In this document: positions 7,759-16,288 of the stretch, one piece after another | Position numbering within the stretch: position 1 is the first letter of the stretch | Layout of the letters: each line of letters starts with the position of its first letter | Translations under genes and position numbers: made by a program | DNA from: Edaphobacter aggregans | GTDB taxonomy: Bacteria; Acidobacteriota; Terriglobia; Terriglobales; Acidobacteriaceae | Length of the DNA stretch: 32,000 bases | Direction of reading: 5' to 3' | Assembly: GCF_003945235.1 (NCBI RefSeq) | Contig: NZ_RSDW01000001.1 | Coordinates: 1,860,001-1,892,000 of the forward strand | Notes under the pieces: model-generated | The model's input: only the letters and a program-made list of their open reading frames with translations | What the model was told of the DNA's origin: nothing | Database searches by the model: none

Positions 7759-8370
7759 ATGAACCCCTGGCTCATCACCATCCCGCTCGCCTACCTGCTG
7801 GGCTCCATCCCATTCGGCTACGTCCTCGTCAAAATCTTCCGCAAGCAGGACATCCGAACCACCGGCAGCGGCAACATCGGAGCCACCAACGTAGCCCGCT
7901 CCGGAGCCAAGGGCCTCGGCATCGCCACGCTCATCCTCGATCTAGCGAAGGGCTACATAGCAGTCGTCATCGCCCAACACCTCGCGCCAGGGAACTACGA
8001 CCTGGCCGTAGCAGCCGCCGTAGCAGCCATCCTCGGCCACGTCTTCCCCGTCTGGCTTGCCTTCCGCGGAGGCAAAGGCGTCGCCACAGCCCTCGGAGTC
8101 TTCCTGGCTCTCAACTGGCCTAGCGCGCTCTGCACTCTCGCCGTCTTCGTCGTCGTCTTCCTGCTCACCCGCTACGTCTCACTGGCCTCAATCATCGCCG
8201 CGGCAACCTTCCCCCTCTTCGCCTTCTGGTTCGTGCCGTATAGAACCCCCATCGTCATCGCAGGCCTGCTCTTCATCCCTCTCCTGATCATCGTCAAGCA
8301 CCACCAGAACATCCGCCGTCTCCTCTCTGGTACCGAGAGTCGCTTCGGCTCCCGTAAGGTGGCCGCTTGA
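7759..8370 (+). CDS. plsY: Glycerol-3-phosphate acyltransferase PlsY
   Basis: The 203-aa membrane protein carries the 'LLGSIPFGYVL...RTTGSGNIGATNVAR' signature. Confidence 0.95.
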   Translation: MNPWLITIPLAYLLGSIPFGYVLVKIFRKQDIRTTGSGNIGATNVARSGAKGLGIATLILDLAKGYIAVVIAQHLAPGNYDLAVAAAVAAILGHVFPVWLAFRGGKGVATALGVFLALNWPSALCTLAVFVVVFLLTRYVSLASIIAAATFPLFAFWFVPYRTPIVIAGLLFIPLLIIVKHHQNIRRLLSGTESRFGSRKVAA

Positions 8371-9359
8371 GCCGAATCGCCGTCCTCGGCGCTGGAGCAT
8401 GGGGAACCGCTCTGGCCCTCTCTCTCGCACGTCGCGGCGGCCACGAGATCGTCCTCTGGTCCCACTCGCCTGAGCTCGCCGACCAGCTCACCGAAGCCGG
8501 CGAGAACCTCCGCTACCTTCCCGGCTTCACCCTTCCCGCCGACATCCACATCACCTCCGACCTTCCCGGCGCCATCTTCGAGGCAGACGTCATCCTCTGC
8601 GTCACACCGTCACAGCACCTTCGCGCCATCATCGCCAACATCGCTCCCATCCTCACCCCCAACCAGATCATCCTCTCCGCCAGCAAGGGCATCGAGGAGA
8701 ACACCTACCTCCGCATGACCCAGGTCATCGCCGCCATCACTGACAACCCCGTCGCCGTCCTCTCCGGCCCATCCTTCGCTCAGGAGGTCGCCGCCGGAAC
8801 CCCCACCGCCGTAGTCGCCGCAGCCGCTAATCCACAGATCGCCCAGACCATCCAGCGCGACTTCACCTCCGCCTCCCTCCGCCTCTACACCAACGACGAC
8901 GTGACCGGCATCGAGCTAGGCGGAGCCCTCAAGAACGTTATCGCCCTCGCCGCAGGCGTCGTCCACGGCCTCAACCTCGGCCACAACTCCTCCGCCGCTC
9001 TCATCACCCGAGGCATAGCCGAGATCACCCGTCTCGCCGTAGCCTGCGGAGGCCGCCCCCAGACCCTGGCCGGCCTCGCCGGCATCGGCGACCTCGTCCT
9101 CACCTGTACCGGCCCCCTCTCCCGCAATCGCACCGTAGGCGTCGAGCTAGGCCGCGGCCGTCAGCTCCCCGAGATCATCGCCAGCCTCAACGGCAAAGTC
9201 GCCGAAGGCATCCGCAGCACCACCGCCGCCCTCGGCCTGGCCGCCCGCTACAGCGTCGAGATGCCAATCACCGAGCAGATGGACGCCATCCTCCACCACA
9301 ACAAAAATCCCCGTGAAGCTATCCGCGACCTCATGTCCCGCCCCGGCCGCGACGAATAG
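8367..9359 (+). CDS. gpsA: NAD(P)H-dependent glycerol-3-phosphate dehydrogenase GpsA
   Basis: The 330-aa ORF has 'IAVLGAGAWGTALA', 'GPSFAQEVA' and 'GGALKNVIALAAG'. Its TTG start overlaps the plsY stop (cTTGAg). Confidence 0.95.
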   Translation: MSRIAVLGAGAWGTALALSLARRGGHEIVLWSHSPELADQLTEAGENLRYLPGFTLPADIHITSDLPGAIFEADVILCVTPSQHLRAIIANIAPILTPNQIILSASKGIEENTYLRMTQVIAAITDNPVAVLSGPSFAQEVAAGTPTAVVAAAANPQIAQTIQRDFTSASLRLYTNDDVTGIELGGALKNVIALAAGVVHGLNLGHNSSAALITRGIAEITRLAVACGGRPQTLAGLAGIGDLVLTCTGPLSRNRTVGVELGRGRQLPEIIASLNGKVAEGIRSTTAALGLAARYSVEMPITEQMDAILHHNKNPREAIRDLMSRPGRDE

Positions 9360-9362
9360 CCC

Positions 9363-9569
9363 TCAGGCAAACTTCATCTCCTCAATCAGCGGAGGCCGCT
9401 GATCAAAATCGCTATACCGAATCCACCTCACGGGAAAATAAGGCGAGATGCGGGGTCTCTTCCACTCCGCAACGGACGATAAAGCTGTCCATCGCTCCGG
9501 TCCAGATGACGAAAGTTTCAGGGGGTAGAACAAGACCAACGGCAAGAGCGGCCGGGAGAGTATATACAT
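9363..9569 (-). CDS. Doubtful small ORF (68 aa from the internal ATG; 82 aa in the ORF track), hypothetical
   Basis: AAGGTGG lies just upstream of ATG 9569. There is no family resemblance, the W/R/P-rich composition is atypical, and the ORF contains a strong hairpin (atcagcgg-agg-ccgctgat, about 9385-9403). It may simply be non-coding spacer. Confidence 0.2.
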   Translation of the reverse strand: MYILSRPLLPLVLFYPLKLSSSGPERWTALSSVAEWKRPRISPYFPVRWIRYSDFDQRPPLIEEMKFA

Positions 9570-9645
9570 CGCCACCTTAGGCGTGATGAAACTGCGTCTG
9601 AGATGGTGCACCCGTGCGTTCGAGATATATGGATAGAGAGATGCG

Positions 9646-9686
9646 AAAGGCGTGAAGTCGTTTGGACTCCACGCCTTTTTGATTTG
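9646..9686. terminator. Strong hairpin terminator (bidirectional candidate) downstream of the M61 peptidase gene
   Basis: aaaggcgtg (9646-9654) pairs with cacgccttt (9670-9678), extended by an inner agtc/gact stem. The + strand has the T-tract tttttgattt. The - strand has a partial U-tract from the gaaagg complement. Confidence 0.6.
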
Positions 9687-9715
9687 GTTAGGCTAGTTCG
9701 TTTGCTTTTGCGAGG

Positions 9716-11632
9716 CTACTCCGATTTCGCCGTTGTGGCGGGAGCTTTCTCGGGAGTGGTTAGGGGCTTGGTAATGTCGTCGAGGTAGGCTGGAGTTCCT
9801 TCTACGCGGACGAGGGAGGGGTAGCGTTCGCCGTCGTGGTAGTCGATGTCGGCGAGGGTGACGAAGGTGTCGGATTGGAGGATGAAGTGGATGGGTTCGG
9901 TCTTGCCCTTAGCGTTTTTGATGGCAGCTTTGAGGGCGTCGGCGGAGAAGACGCGGCCGTCGACGGCGATGATCTTCTGGCCGGGGGCTAGCTTGGCTTT
10001 GTCGGCCGGACCGGACCAGCGGACGTCAGAGATGACGCCTTCGGCGCTGACGCGCAGGCCGAGGGAGTACCAGACGTTGAGACCTCCGCGGCGTGGGCCG
10101 CCTGCCATGGCCATGGTGCGTTCGGAGACGCTGGGCTTGTCGGTGAAGACCAGCTTGTAGCCACCGCGCTCGATACCGCTAAGGTCAGCGTGAGGATTGG
10201 GGTTGTCGATGCGCTCGTGCATGAAGGTGGCCCAGTCGTAGGGAAGAACCTGGTTGAGGTCACGGATGAGCTCGTCGCGGTTGTAGGTGAGGATGGAGGG
10301 ACCGGTGTTTCCGCCCTGAGCGAGGAAGATGTGCAGGAAGTCGGTGAGGGACTTCTTGTTCTCGGTCTTCTGGCGGATGAGGGTGTCGGCGTCGAGCCAG
10401 AAGAGCTCGCCCTCCTGGTAGTAGTCCTGTCCGCGCTTCCAGTTGGACCAGGCAGGGTTGCCGCCGCGAAGGATACTGGCGGCGATGGCGGTGTCTTCGG
10501 TGGAGCGCCACTCACGGCCGGGCTTGTAGTCGAGGTTGGCGGCGGACATGGCGAGCATATCGCGGTACTGGGCCTGGTTCTTGAGGCCAGAGCGAGCGGC
10601 GAGGACGTTGCCGAGGTACTGGGTCATGCCCTCGTAGACCCAGAGGAGGGAGCCCTCCTGCATTTTGGCGAAGTCGGTCTGGTAGAGGTTGTAGGGGCGG
10701 CGGTATTTGCCGTTCCAGGAGTGGGTGAACTCGTGGGAGAGTAGGTCAGCTTCGGCGAGCTGGTGGGCGTCGTCGGAGAAGCCTTTTTCGCCCACGCCGT
10801 TGTCGGAGGACTGGCCGTGCTCGAGGCCTTCGCCGCCAGCGACGTCGGAGAGGGTGAGGAGGAAGTGATAGACGTTGTAGTGGCGGGAGTTGTAGGCGGC
10901 TCCGGTCTCGCGGACGAGGTTGGAGAGTTGGGTGAGGAGCGTGGGGCGAAGTTCAGCGTCTTCAGGAGCGTCGGCGACTACGTCGATGAAGTGCTTGGGG
11001 GTGACTTCGGGGGCCAAGGCGAACTCATGGAAGTACTCGCCGGTGATGACGGGGGAGTCCTGGAGCTGTTCGACGTTGGTGGCGGCGAAGTGCGTAGTGC
11101 CGCCTTTGGGATGCTGCGGGTCGTAGCCGTCGGTTGGGGTGAGGGCTGTCCCGATGCCCCATCCTTCGGGGACGGTGACGGAGGGTTGGACTGCGATCTC
11201 TTTGACGGGGGTATTGGCCGGGTAGAGGAGGAGCTTTTCCCACTCGAGGACGGCGAGCTTCTGGCTCACGCGGGCGGTAACGATGCAGTCGAGGTGAGCG
11301 TGGAGGGTGGTGACTCCGGCGGGGACGGTGACGTGGAACTGGTAGAGGTCGGTGTCGTCGCGGCGCCAGGGGAGGGTTTGGCCGTTTGCGGTGAAGACTA
11401 CGCCGGTGATGTCATCGACAGGGCCGGTGGGGCGGTGGTTACCGGGGATCCACTTTGGGGTGGTGAGGGAGACGGGGCCGGGTTTGACGGGGACGTCGAT
11501 CTCGGCGTGGTAGAGCTTGCGCGGGGCGTCGGAGAGGTCGGCAGTAATCTGGATGGGGGCTTTTTGGGCTTGTAGCAGAGCGGGGGCAGTGAGAAAGAGG
11601 GTTAGAGGCAGGACGGACTTGCGGATGAACAT
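9716..11632 (-). CDS. M61 family glycyl aminopeptidase with C-terminal PDZ domain
   Basis: The zinc motif 'HEFTHSWNGKYRRP' and a C-terminal PDZ-like segment ('GLRVSAEGVISDVRWSGPADKAKLAPGQKIIAVDG') are present. The start is moved to ATG 11632, which gives the signal peptide 'MFIRKSVLPLTLFLTAPALLQAQ'. Confidence 0.9.
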   Translation of the reverse strand: MFIRKSVLPLTLFLTAPALLQAQKAPIQITADLSDAPRKLYHAEIDVPVKPGPVSLTTPKWIPGNHRPTGPVDDITGVVFTANGQTLPWRRDDTDLYQFHVTVPAGVTTLHAHLDCIVTARVSQKLAVLEWEKLLLYPANTPVKEIAVQPSVTVPEGWGIGTALTPTDGYDPQHPKGGTTHFAATNVEQLQDSPVITGEYFHEFALAPEVTPKHFIDVVADAPEDAELRPTLLTQLSNLVRETGAAYNSRHYNVYHFLLTLSDVAGGEGLEHGQSSDNGVGEKGFSDDAHQLAEADLLSHEFTHSWNGKYRRPYNLYQTDFAKMQEGSLLWVYEGMTQYLGNVLAARSGLKNQAQYRDMLAMSAANLDYKPGREWRSTEDTAIAASILRGGNPAWSNWKRGQDYYQEGELFWLDADTLIRQKTENKKSLTDFLHIFLAQGGNTGPSILTYNRDELIRDLNQVLPYDWATFMHERIDNPNPHADLSGIERGGYKLVFTDKPSVSERTMAMAGGPRRGGLNVWYSLGLRVSAEGVISDVRWSGPADKAKLAPGQKIIAVDGRVFSADALKAAIKNAKGKTEPIHFILQSDTFVTLADIDYHDGERYPSLVRVEGTPAYLDDITKPLTTPEKAPATTAKSE

Positions 11633-11728
11633 GTTGGGTGGTCCTTTGAGGTTGGCTGGATTTCTATGAGACGGATGAGCGGGGGATGGGGACGCAGGCG
11701 GCTTGGTCTCGCGCTGCATCCCGCGTGA

Positions 11729-12295
11729 TTAGTAGTTGAGGGCTGATTCGATGGCGGCGACTACAGAGGGGTCGTCGGGGGTGACCTCGGGGGAGAAGCG
11801 GGCTACTACGTTGCCGTTGCGGTCGACCAGGAACTTTTCGAAGTTCCAGAGGATGCCGGGTTCGGGGTTGGTGGTGGCTCCGTTGTGTTTGCCGTGGAGG
11901 AAGCCGTTGAGGCGCTCGCGGAAGGTTTCGCGCGTGGGGCCGGTGGCTTTGGGCTGGGCGGCGATGAGGGTCTGGTAGAGGGGATGGGTGTCGGGGCCGG
12001 TGACGGGGATTTTGGAGAACATGGGGAAGTCGACGGCGAAGGTGCCGGTGCAAAACTTGAAGATCTCCTGGTTGGAGCCGGGCTCCTGCGCGCCGAAGTC
12101 GTTGGCGGGGAAGCCGCAGACGACCAGGCCGGAGCCTTTGAAGCGGGAGTAGAGTTTTTCGAGGGCGTCGTACTGCGGGGTGAGGCCGCATTGGGAGGCT
12201 ACGTTGACGATGAGGAGGACTTTGCCTCGGTAGTCGGCGAGGGAGGTACCTTCTCCGGTGATGGTCTGGACGGGGATGTCGTAGAGGTTGGACAT
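11729..12295 (-). CDS. Glutathione peroxidase (Cys-type)
   Basis: The 188-aa ORF has 'LIVNVASQCGLTPQY', 'FPANDFGAQEPG' and 'WNFEKFLVDRNG', the classic GPx motifs with Cys at the redox position. Confidence 0.9.
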   Translation of the reverse strand: MSNLYDIPVQTITGEGTSLADYRGKVLLIVNVASQCGLTPQYDALEKLYSRFKGSGLVVCGFPANDFGAQEPGSNQEIFKFCTGTFAVDFPMFSKIPVTGPDTHPLYQTLIAAQPKATGPTRETFRERLNGFLHGKHNGATTNPEPGILWNFEKFLVDRNGNVVARFSPEVTPDDPSVVAAIESALNY

Positions 12296-12346
12296 AGTAA
12301 TTTCCAGTGTATCGCTACGGATTCTTTATGCGGCGGTGGGTAGGAT

Positions 12347-14227
12347 GTGGCTGCTATGTCGATAAGCGACTTTCTGTTTGGCCGGCCTTTGGCGACGAGT
12401 GAGGAGAGAGCTGAGCATATTGGCGTTGCGGCAGGGATCCCGGTGTTTGGGCTGGATGCCCTGACGAGCGCAGCATATGGGCCGGAGGCAGCGATGACGC
12501 TGCTGATTCCGCTGGGGTTGATGGGGCGGAACTATATCCTTCCGGTGATTGTGGCGATAGTTGGGCTGTTGGTGATTGTGTTCTTCAGCTACAGGCAGAC
12601 GATTGACGCGTATCCGAATGGTGGTGGGTCGTACACGGTAGCGAGTGAGAACCTGGGAAATCGTGCGGGGCTGTTGGCGGCGGCGGCGCTGATGATCGAC
12701 TATGTGCTGACGGCGGCGGTGGGGATCTCGGCAGGCGTGGGGGCGCTGATTTCGGCGGTGCCTAGTTTGCAGCCGCATACGCTGGTGCTGTGCCTCGTCA
12801 TTCTGGCGCTATTGGCGATGGTTAATATGCGTGGCGTCAGAGATACGGGCGCGGTGTTCATGATTCCGACGGTTCTGTTTATTGGAACGCTGTCGATCAT
12901 GGTGGCGGTGGGGGTATGGCGCGCGATGCAGAGTGGAGGGCATCCGGTTCCGTTGGTTGCTCCTCCGCCGGCGTTACCAGCGACGGTGGAGTTGCTGAGG
13001 TGGTGGCTGCTGGCGAAGGTGTTTGCAAGCGGATGTACGGCGATGACGGGCGTGGAGGCGGTTTCGAACGGGGTGATGGCGTTCAGTGAGCCGAAGACGA
13101 AACGTGCGAAGCAGACGCTGACGGTGATTATTGCGATTCTTATTGTGCTGCTGCTGGGGGTTGCGTATCTGTCGAAGGCGTATGGGATCACGGCGACCGA
13201 TCCGGGAGCGAACGGCTATCAGAGTGTGCTGAGCATGCTGGTGGCGGCGGTCTTTGGGAGGGGCTGGTTCTATCAGCTGACGATGGCGTCAGTGTTGTCG
13301 GCACTGGCGCTGAGTGCGAATACGGCGTTTGCGGATTTTCCGCGACTGACCCGGATGATCGCGATGCATGATTATCTGCCGCATGTTTTTTTGTTGCGCG
13401 GGCGGAGGCTGCTGTACTCGCATGGAGTTTATGCGCTGACCGGATTGACGGCGGTGCTGTTGATTTTGTTTGGTGGCGTGACGGACAACCTGATTCCCCT
13501 ATTTGCGATTGGGGCGTTTTTGGCGTTTACGCTTTCGCAGGCGGGAATGGTGGTGCATTGGTACAAGCAGGGACCGGAGCATCCGCGGCGCGGCTGGCAC
13601 ATGTTTGTGAATGGGCTGGGTGCGGTGGCGACGGGTATTACGCTGCTGGTGGTGCTGGTGGCGAAGTTTATGGCGGGGGCGTGGGTGACGGCGTTGCTGG
13701 TGCCGGTGTTGATGGGCATTATGGTGGCGGTGAAGCGGCATTACACGCGGGTGAAGGGCGAGATGGCTGAGCAGTGTCCGCTAAACCTGACGAATCTGGA
13801 GCAGCCGATTGTGGTGATCCCGATGGCGCGATGGGACAAGATCTCTGAGAAGGCGATGCGGTTTGGGCTGCTGATGTCGAAGGAGATCAAGGTGGTGCAT
13901 GTCCACTCGGATGATGAGCGGGAGGGGCTGGAGGAGGTTTGGAATGAGACGATATTAGGGCCGATCAAGGGTCAGGAGCTTGAGGAGCCGGAGTTGGTGA
14001 CGATTCCGTCGAACTATCGGTTCATCCTCGCGCCGTTGATGGACTACATCCTGGAGTTGGAGAAGGAGAATCCGGGGCGAAAGGTGGCGGTACTGTTGCC
14101 GGAGATGGTGGTGAAGCACTGGTGGGAGAACGCACTGCATAACCAGAGGGTGCAGCTGCTGAAACTGATGCTGCTGCTGAAGGGGAATCAGCGGATTGTG
14201 GTGGTGAATATCCCTTGGTACTTGTGA
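12347..14227 (+). CDS. APC-superfamily permease fused to a roughly 190-aa C-terminal cytoplasmic domain (paralog 1)
   Basis: The 626-aa ORF has an N-terminal 'GRPLATSEERAEHIGVAAGIPVFGLDALTSAAYGPEAA', about 12 TM segments, and a soluble tail '...VVIPMARWDKISEKAMRFG...LPEMVVKHWWENALHNQR...'. The start is GTG 12347 or ATG 12356. Confidence 0.85.
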   Translation: MAAMSISDFLFGRPLATSEERAEHIGVAAGIPVFGLDALTSAAYGPEAAMTLLIPLGLMGRNYILPVIVAIVGLLVIVFFSYRQTIDAYPNGGGSYTVASENLGNRAGLLAAAALMIDYVLTAAVGISAGVGALISAVPSLQPHTLVLCLVILALLAMVNMRGVRDTGAVFMIPTVLFIGTLSIMVAVGVWRAMQSGGHPVPLVAPPPALPATVELLRWWLLAKVFASGCTAMTGVEAVSNGVMAFSEPKTKRAKQTLTVIIAILIVLLLGVAYLSKAYGITATDPGANGYQSVLSMLVAAVFGRGWFYQLTMASVLSALALSANTAFADFPRLTRMIAMHDYLPHVFLLRGRRLLYSHGVYALTGLTAVLLILFGGVTDNLIPLFAIGAFLAFTLSQAGMVVHWYKQGPEHPRRGWHMFVNGLGAVATGITLLVVLVAKFMAGAWVTALLVPVLMGIMVAVKRHYTRVKGEMAEQCPLNLTNLEQPIVVIPMARWDKISEKAMRFGLLMSKEIKVVHVHSDDEREGLEEVWNETILGPIKGQELEEPELVTIPSNYRFILAPLMDYILELEKENPGRKVAVLLPEMVVKHWWENALHNQRVQLLKLMLLLKGNQRIVVVNIPWYL

Positions 14228-14292
14228 ACGGGGGTGCAAAAGACAGGGATTCATGGAGTTCAGACGATGGAACAATTAGTATCAAAAGAAAT

Positions 14293-16161
14293 ATGTCTAT
14301 TGTTGATCGTCTGGTTGGGAAGCCGTTAGCTACGAGCGAAGAGCGGGCCGAGCACATCGGTGTGGCCGCAGGAATTCCGATATTTGGTTTAGATGGGCTG
14401 ACGAGCGCAGCGTACGGGCCCGAAGCTGCGATGACGTTGTTGATTCCGTTGGGGATAGCCGGCGTTGAATATGGGTGGCGGATCATCTCGGCGATTTTGG
14501 TGCTGTTGACGATCGTTTATTTCAGCTACCGGCAGACGATTGAGGCGTATCCGAGCGGCGGTGGGAGCTATACGGTCGCTACGGAAAATCTGGGCGAGAA
14601 GTCGGGGCTGCTGGCAGCGGCGGCGCTGATGATCGACTACATTCTGACGGCTGCGGTGGGAATTTCGGCTGGTGTTACAGCGCTGACCTCGGCGGTTCCG
14701 AGTTTGCAGCGTCATACGTTGCTGATATGTCTGGTGATTCTTGCGCTGCTGGCTATTGTGAATCTGCGGGGCGTTAAGGATACGGGGACGGCGTTTATTC
14801 TGCCGACGTTTCTATTTGTGGGCACGTTGCTGGCGTTGATTGGGGTCGGCATGTGGAAGACGGTGCATGCTGGAGGGCATCCGATGCCGGTGGATCCGAT
14901 TCCTCCTGCGCTGCCTGCGACGGTGGGATCGCTCGGAATATGGATGTTGATGAAGTCCTTTGCGAGCGGCTGCGCGGCGATGACGGGCGTGGAGGCTGTA
15001 TCGAACGGGGTGATGGCCTTCGGCGAGCCCAGGGTGAAGAGAGCACAGCGCGCGCTGACGATAATCATTGGGATCCTCATGGTGCTGCTGTTCGGGATTG
15101 CATACCTGTCGAAGGTTTACAGGATCATGCCGATGGAGCCCGAGGGAACGGGCTATCAGAGCTTGATCAGCTTGTTGGTAACGGCGGTATTTGGCCGTGG
15201 TTGGTTTTATTACACGACGATGGGCAGCGTGCTGCTTGCGTTGGCTTTGAGCGCGAATACGGCGTTTGCGGATTTCCCTCGACTGACGCGCGCGATTGCG
15301 ATGCATGACTACCTTCCTCATGTGTTCATTCTGCGTGGGCGGCGGCTGCTTTATTCGCATGGAATCTATGCGCTGACTGGGTTTACTGCAGTGATCCTGA
15401 TCCTGTTCGGTGGTGTGACGGATCGATTGATTCCGCTGTATGCGATTGGGGCTTTTATGGCGTTCACGCTTTCGCAGGCGGGGATGGTGGTGCATTGGCA
15501 CAGGATGGAGAAGCATCCAGGGCGGCGGATTCGCCTGGTGGTGAACGGCTTTGGCGCGGTTGCGACGGGCATCACGTTGGTAGTGGTGCTGGTGGCGAAG
15601 TTCGTGGCTGGAGCGTGGGTGACGGCTCTGCTTGTGCCGATACTGATCGGCATCATGATGGCTGTAAAACGGCACTACTCAAGGGTGAAGCGGGAGATGA
15701 AGGACATGACTCCGCTGAACCTGGTGAATCTGCAGGAACCAATTGTGGTGATTCCGATGGCTCGGTGGGACCGGATTACGGAGAAGGCGATGCGGTTCGG
15801 GCTGCTGATGTCGAAGGAGATCAAGGTGGTGCACGTGCACTCGGATGATGAGGAGGAGGGTCTGGATGAGGTGTGGGATGACAAGATCCTACAGCCGATC
15901 AAGAGTGAGGGATTGCATGAGCCGGAGCTGGTGGTGATTCCTTCGTCGTACCGGTTCATTATTAATCCGCTGATGGATTACATTCTGGAGTTGGAGAAGG
16001 AGAATCCGGGACGGAAGGTGGCGGTGCTGCTGCCGGAGCTTGTGGTGCGGCATTGGTGGGAGAATGCGCTGCATAATCAGCGAGTTCAGCTGTTGAAGCT
16101 GTTTCTGCTGCTGAAGGGGAACCAGCGGATTGTGGTGGTTAATATTCCGTGGTATTTGTGA
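14293..16161 (+). CDS. APC-superfamily permease fused to a roughly 190-aa C-terminal cytoplasmic domain (paralog 2)
   Basis: It is collinear with paralog 1 over the full length, with near-identical blocks such as 'FASGC.AMTGVEAVSNGVMAF' and 'NPGRKVAVLLPE.VV.HWWENALHNQRVQLLK'. The start is moved to ATG 14293 ('MSIVDRLVGKPLATSEER') by alignment with paralog 1. Confidence 0.85.
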   Translation: MSIVDRLVGKPLATSEERAEHIGVAAGIPIFGLDGLTSAAYGPEAAMTLLIPLGIAGVEYGWRIISAILVLLTIVYFSYRQTIEAYPSGGGSYTVATENLGEKSGLLAAAALMIDYILTAAVGISAGVTALTSAVPSLQRHTLLICLVILALLAIVNLRGVKDTGTAFILPTFLFVGTLLALIGVGMWKTVHAGGHPMPVDPIPPALPATVGSLGIWMLMKSFASGCAAMTGVEAVSNGVMAFGEPRVKRAQRALTIIIGILMVLLFGIAYLSKVYRIMPMEPEGTGYQSLISLLVTAVFGRGWFYYTTMGSVLLALALSANTAFADFPRLTRAIAMHDYLPHVFILRGRRLLYSHGIYALTGFTAVILILFGGVTDRLIPLYAIGAFMAFTLSQAGMVVHWHRMEKHPGRRIRLVVNGFGAVATGITLVVVLVAKFVAGAWVTALLVPILIGIMMAVKRHYSRVKREMKDMTPLNLVNLQEPIVVIPMARWDRITEKAMRFGLLMSKEIKVVHVHSDDEEEGLDEVWDDKILQPIKSEGLHEPELVVIPSSYRFIINPLMDYILELEKENPGRKVAVLLPELVVRHWWENALHNQRVQLLKLFLLLKGNQRIVVVNIPWYL

Positions 16162-16241
16162 GTTTTTTTTGCCCCCGATTTCCAGCGAAAATGGTGGATA
16201 TATGGCGGTTTTTGCTGGTTAGCTGATGGAAAAAAGCGTGG

Positions 16242-16271
16242 AAATGCCGGTCAACTGACCGGCATTTTTTG
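16242..16271. terminator. Bidirectional rho-independent terminator between convergent genes
   Basis: aaatgccggtc-aact-gaccggcattt is a perfect stem flanked by an A-tract upstream and tttttgt downstream. Confidence 0.75.
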
Positions 16272-16288
16272 TCCTCAGAACGGGGGTC

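Larger units (their letters stand above)
9360..9715. other. Strand-composition (GC-skew) polarity switch inside a lower-GC convergent spacer
   Basis: On the + strand everything left of here is C>G and everything right of here is G>C, regardless of gene orientation. The hand counts are given in the findings section. Confidence 0.7.

Noticed and set aside
9419-9636. DnaA-box cluster or dif site that would settle origin versus terminus at the skew switch.
   Set aside because: The best DnaA-box-like 9-mers match only 6-7 of 9 positions. There are three of them, with no consistent spacing. No TTATGT/ACATAA XerD-arm-like sequence is present. The 'atgtatatac' segment near 9560 matches only the central part of E. 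coli dif. The evidence is insufficient to call either element.
12296-12346. Functional coupling of the glutathione peroxidase gene, the APC permease pair and the cysteine desulfurase gene as a novel thiol or sulfur system.
   Set aside because: Only adjacency supports it. The genes lie on different strands with separate terminators, and each is a common stand-alone housekeeping type. It is kept only as a speculative note under the permease finding.
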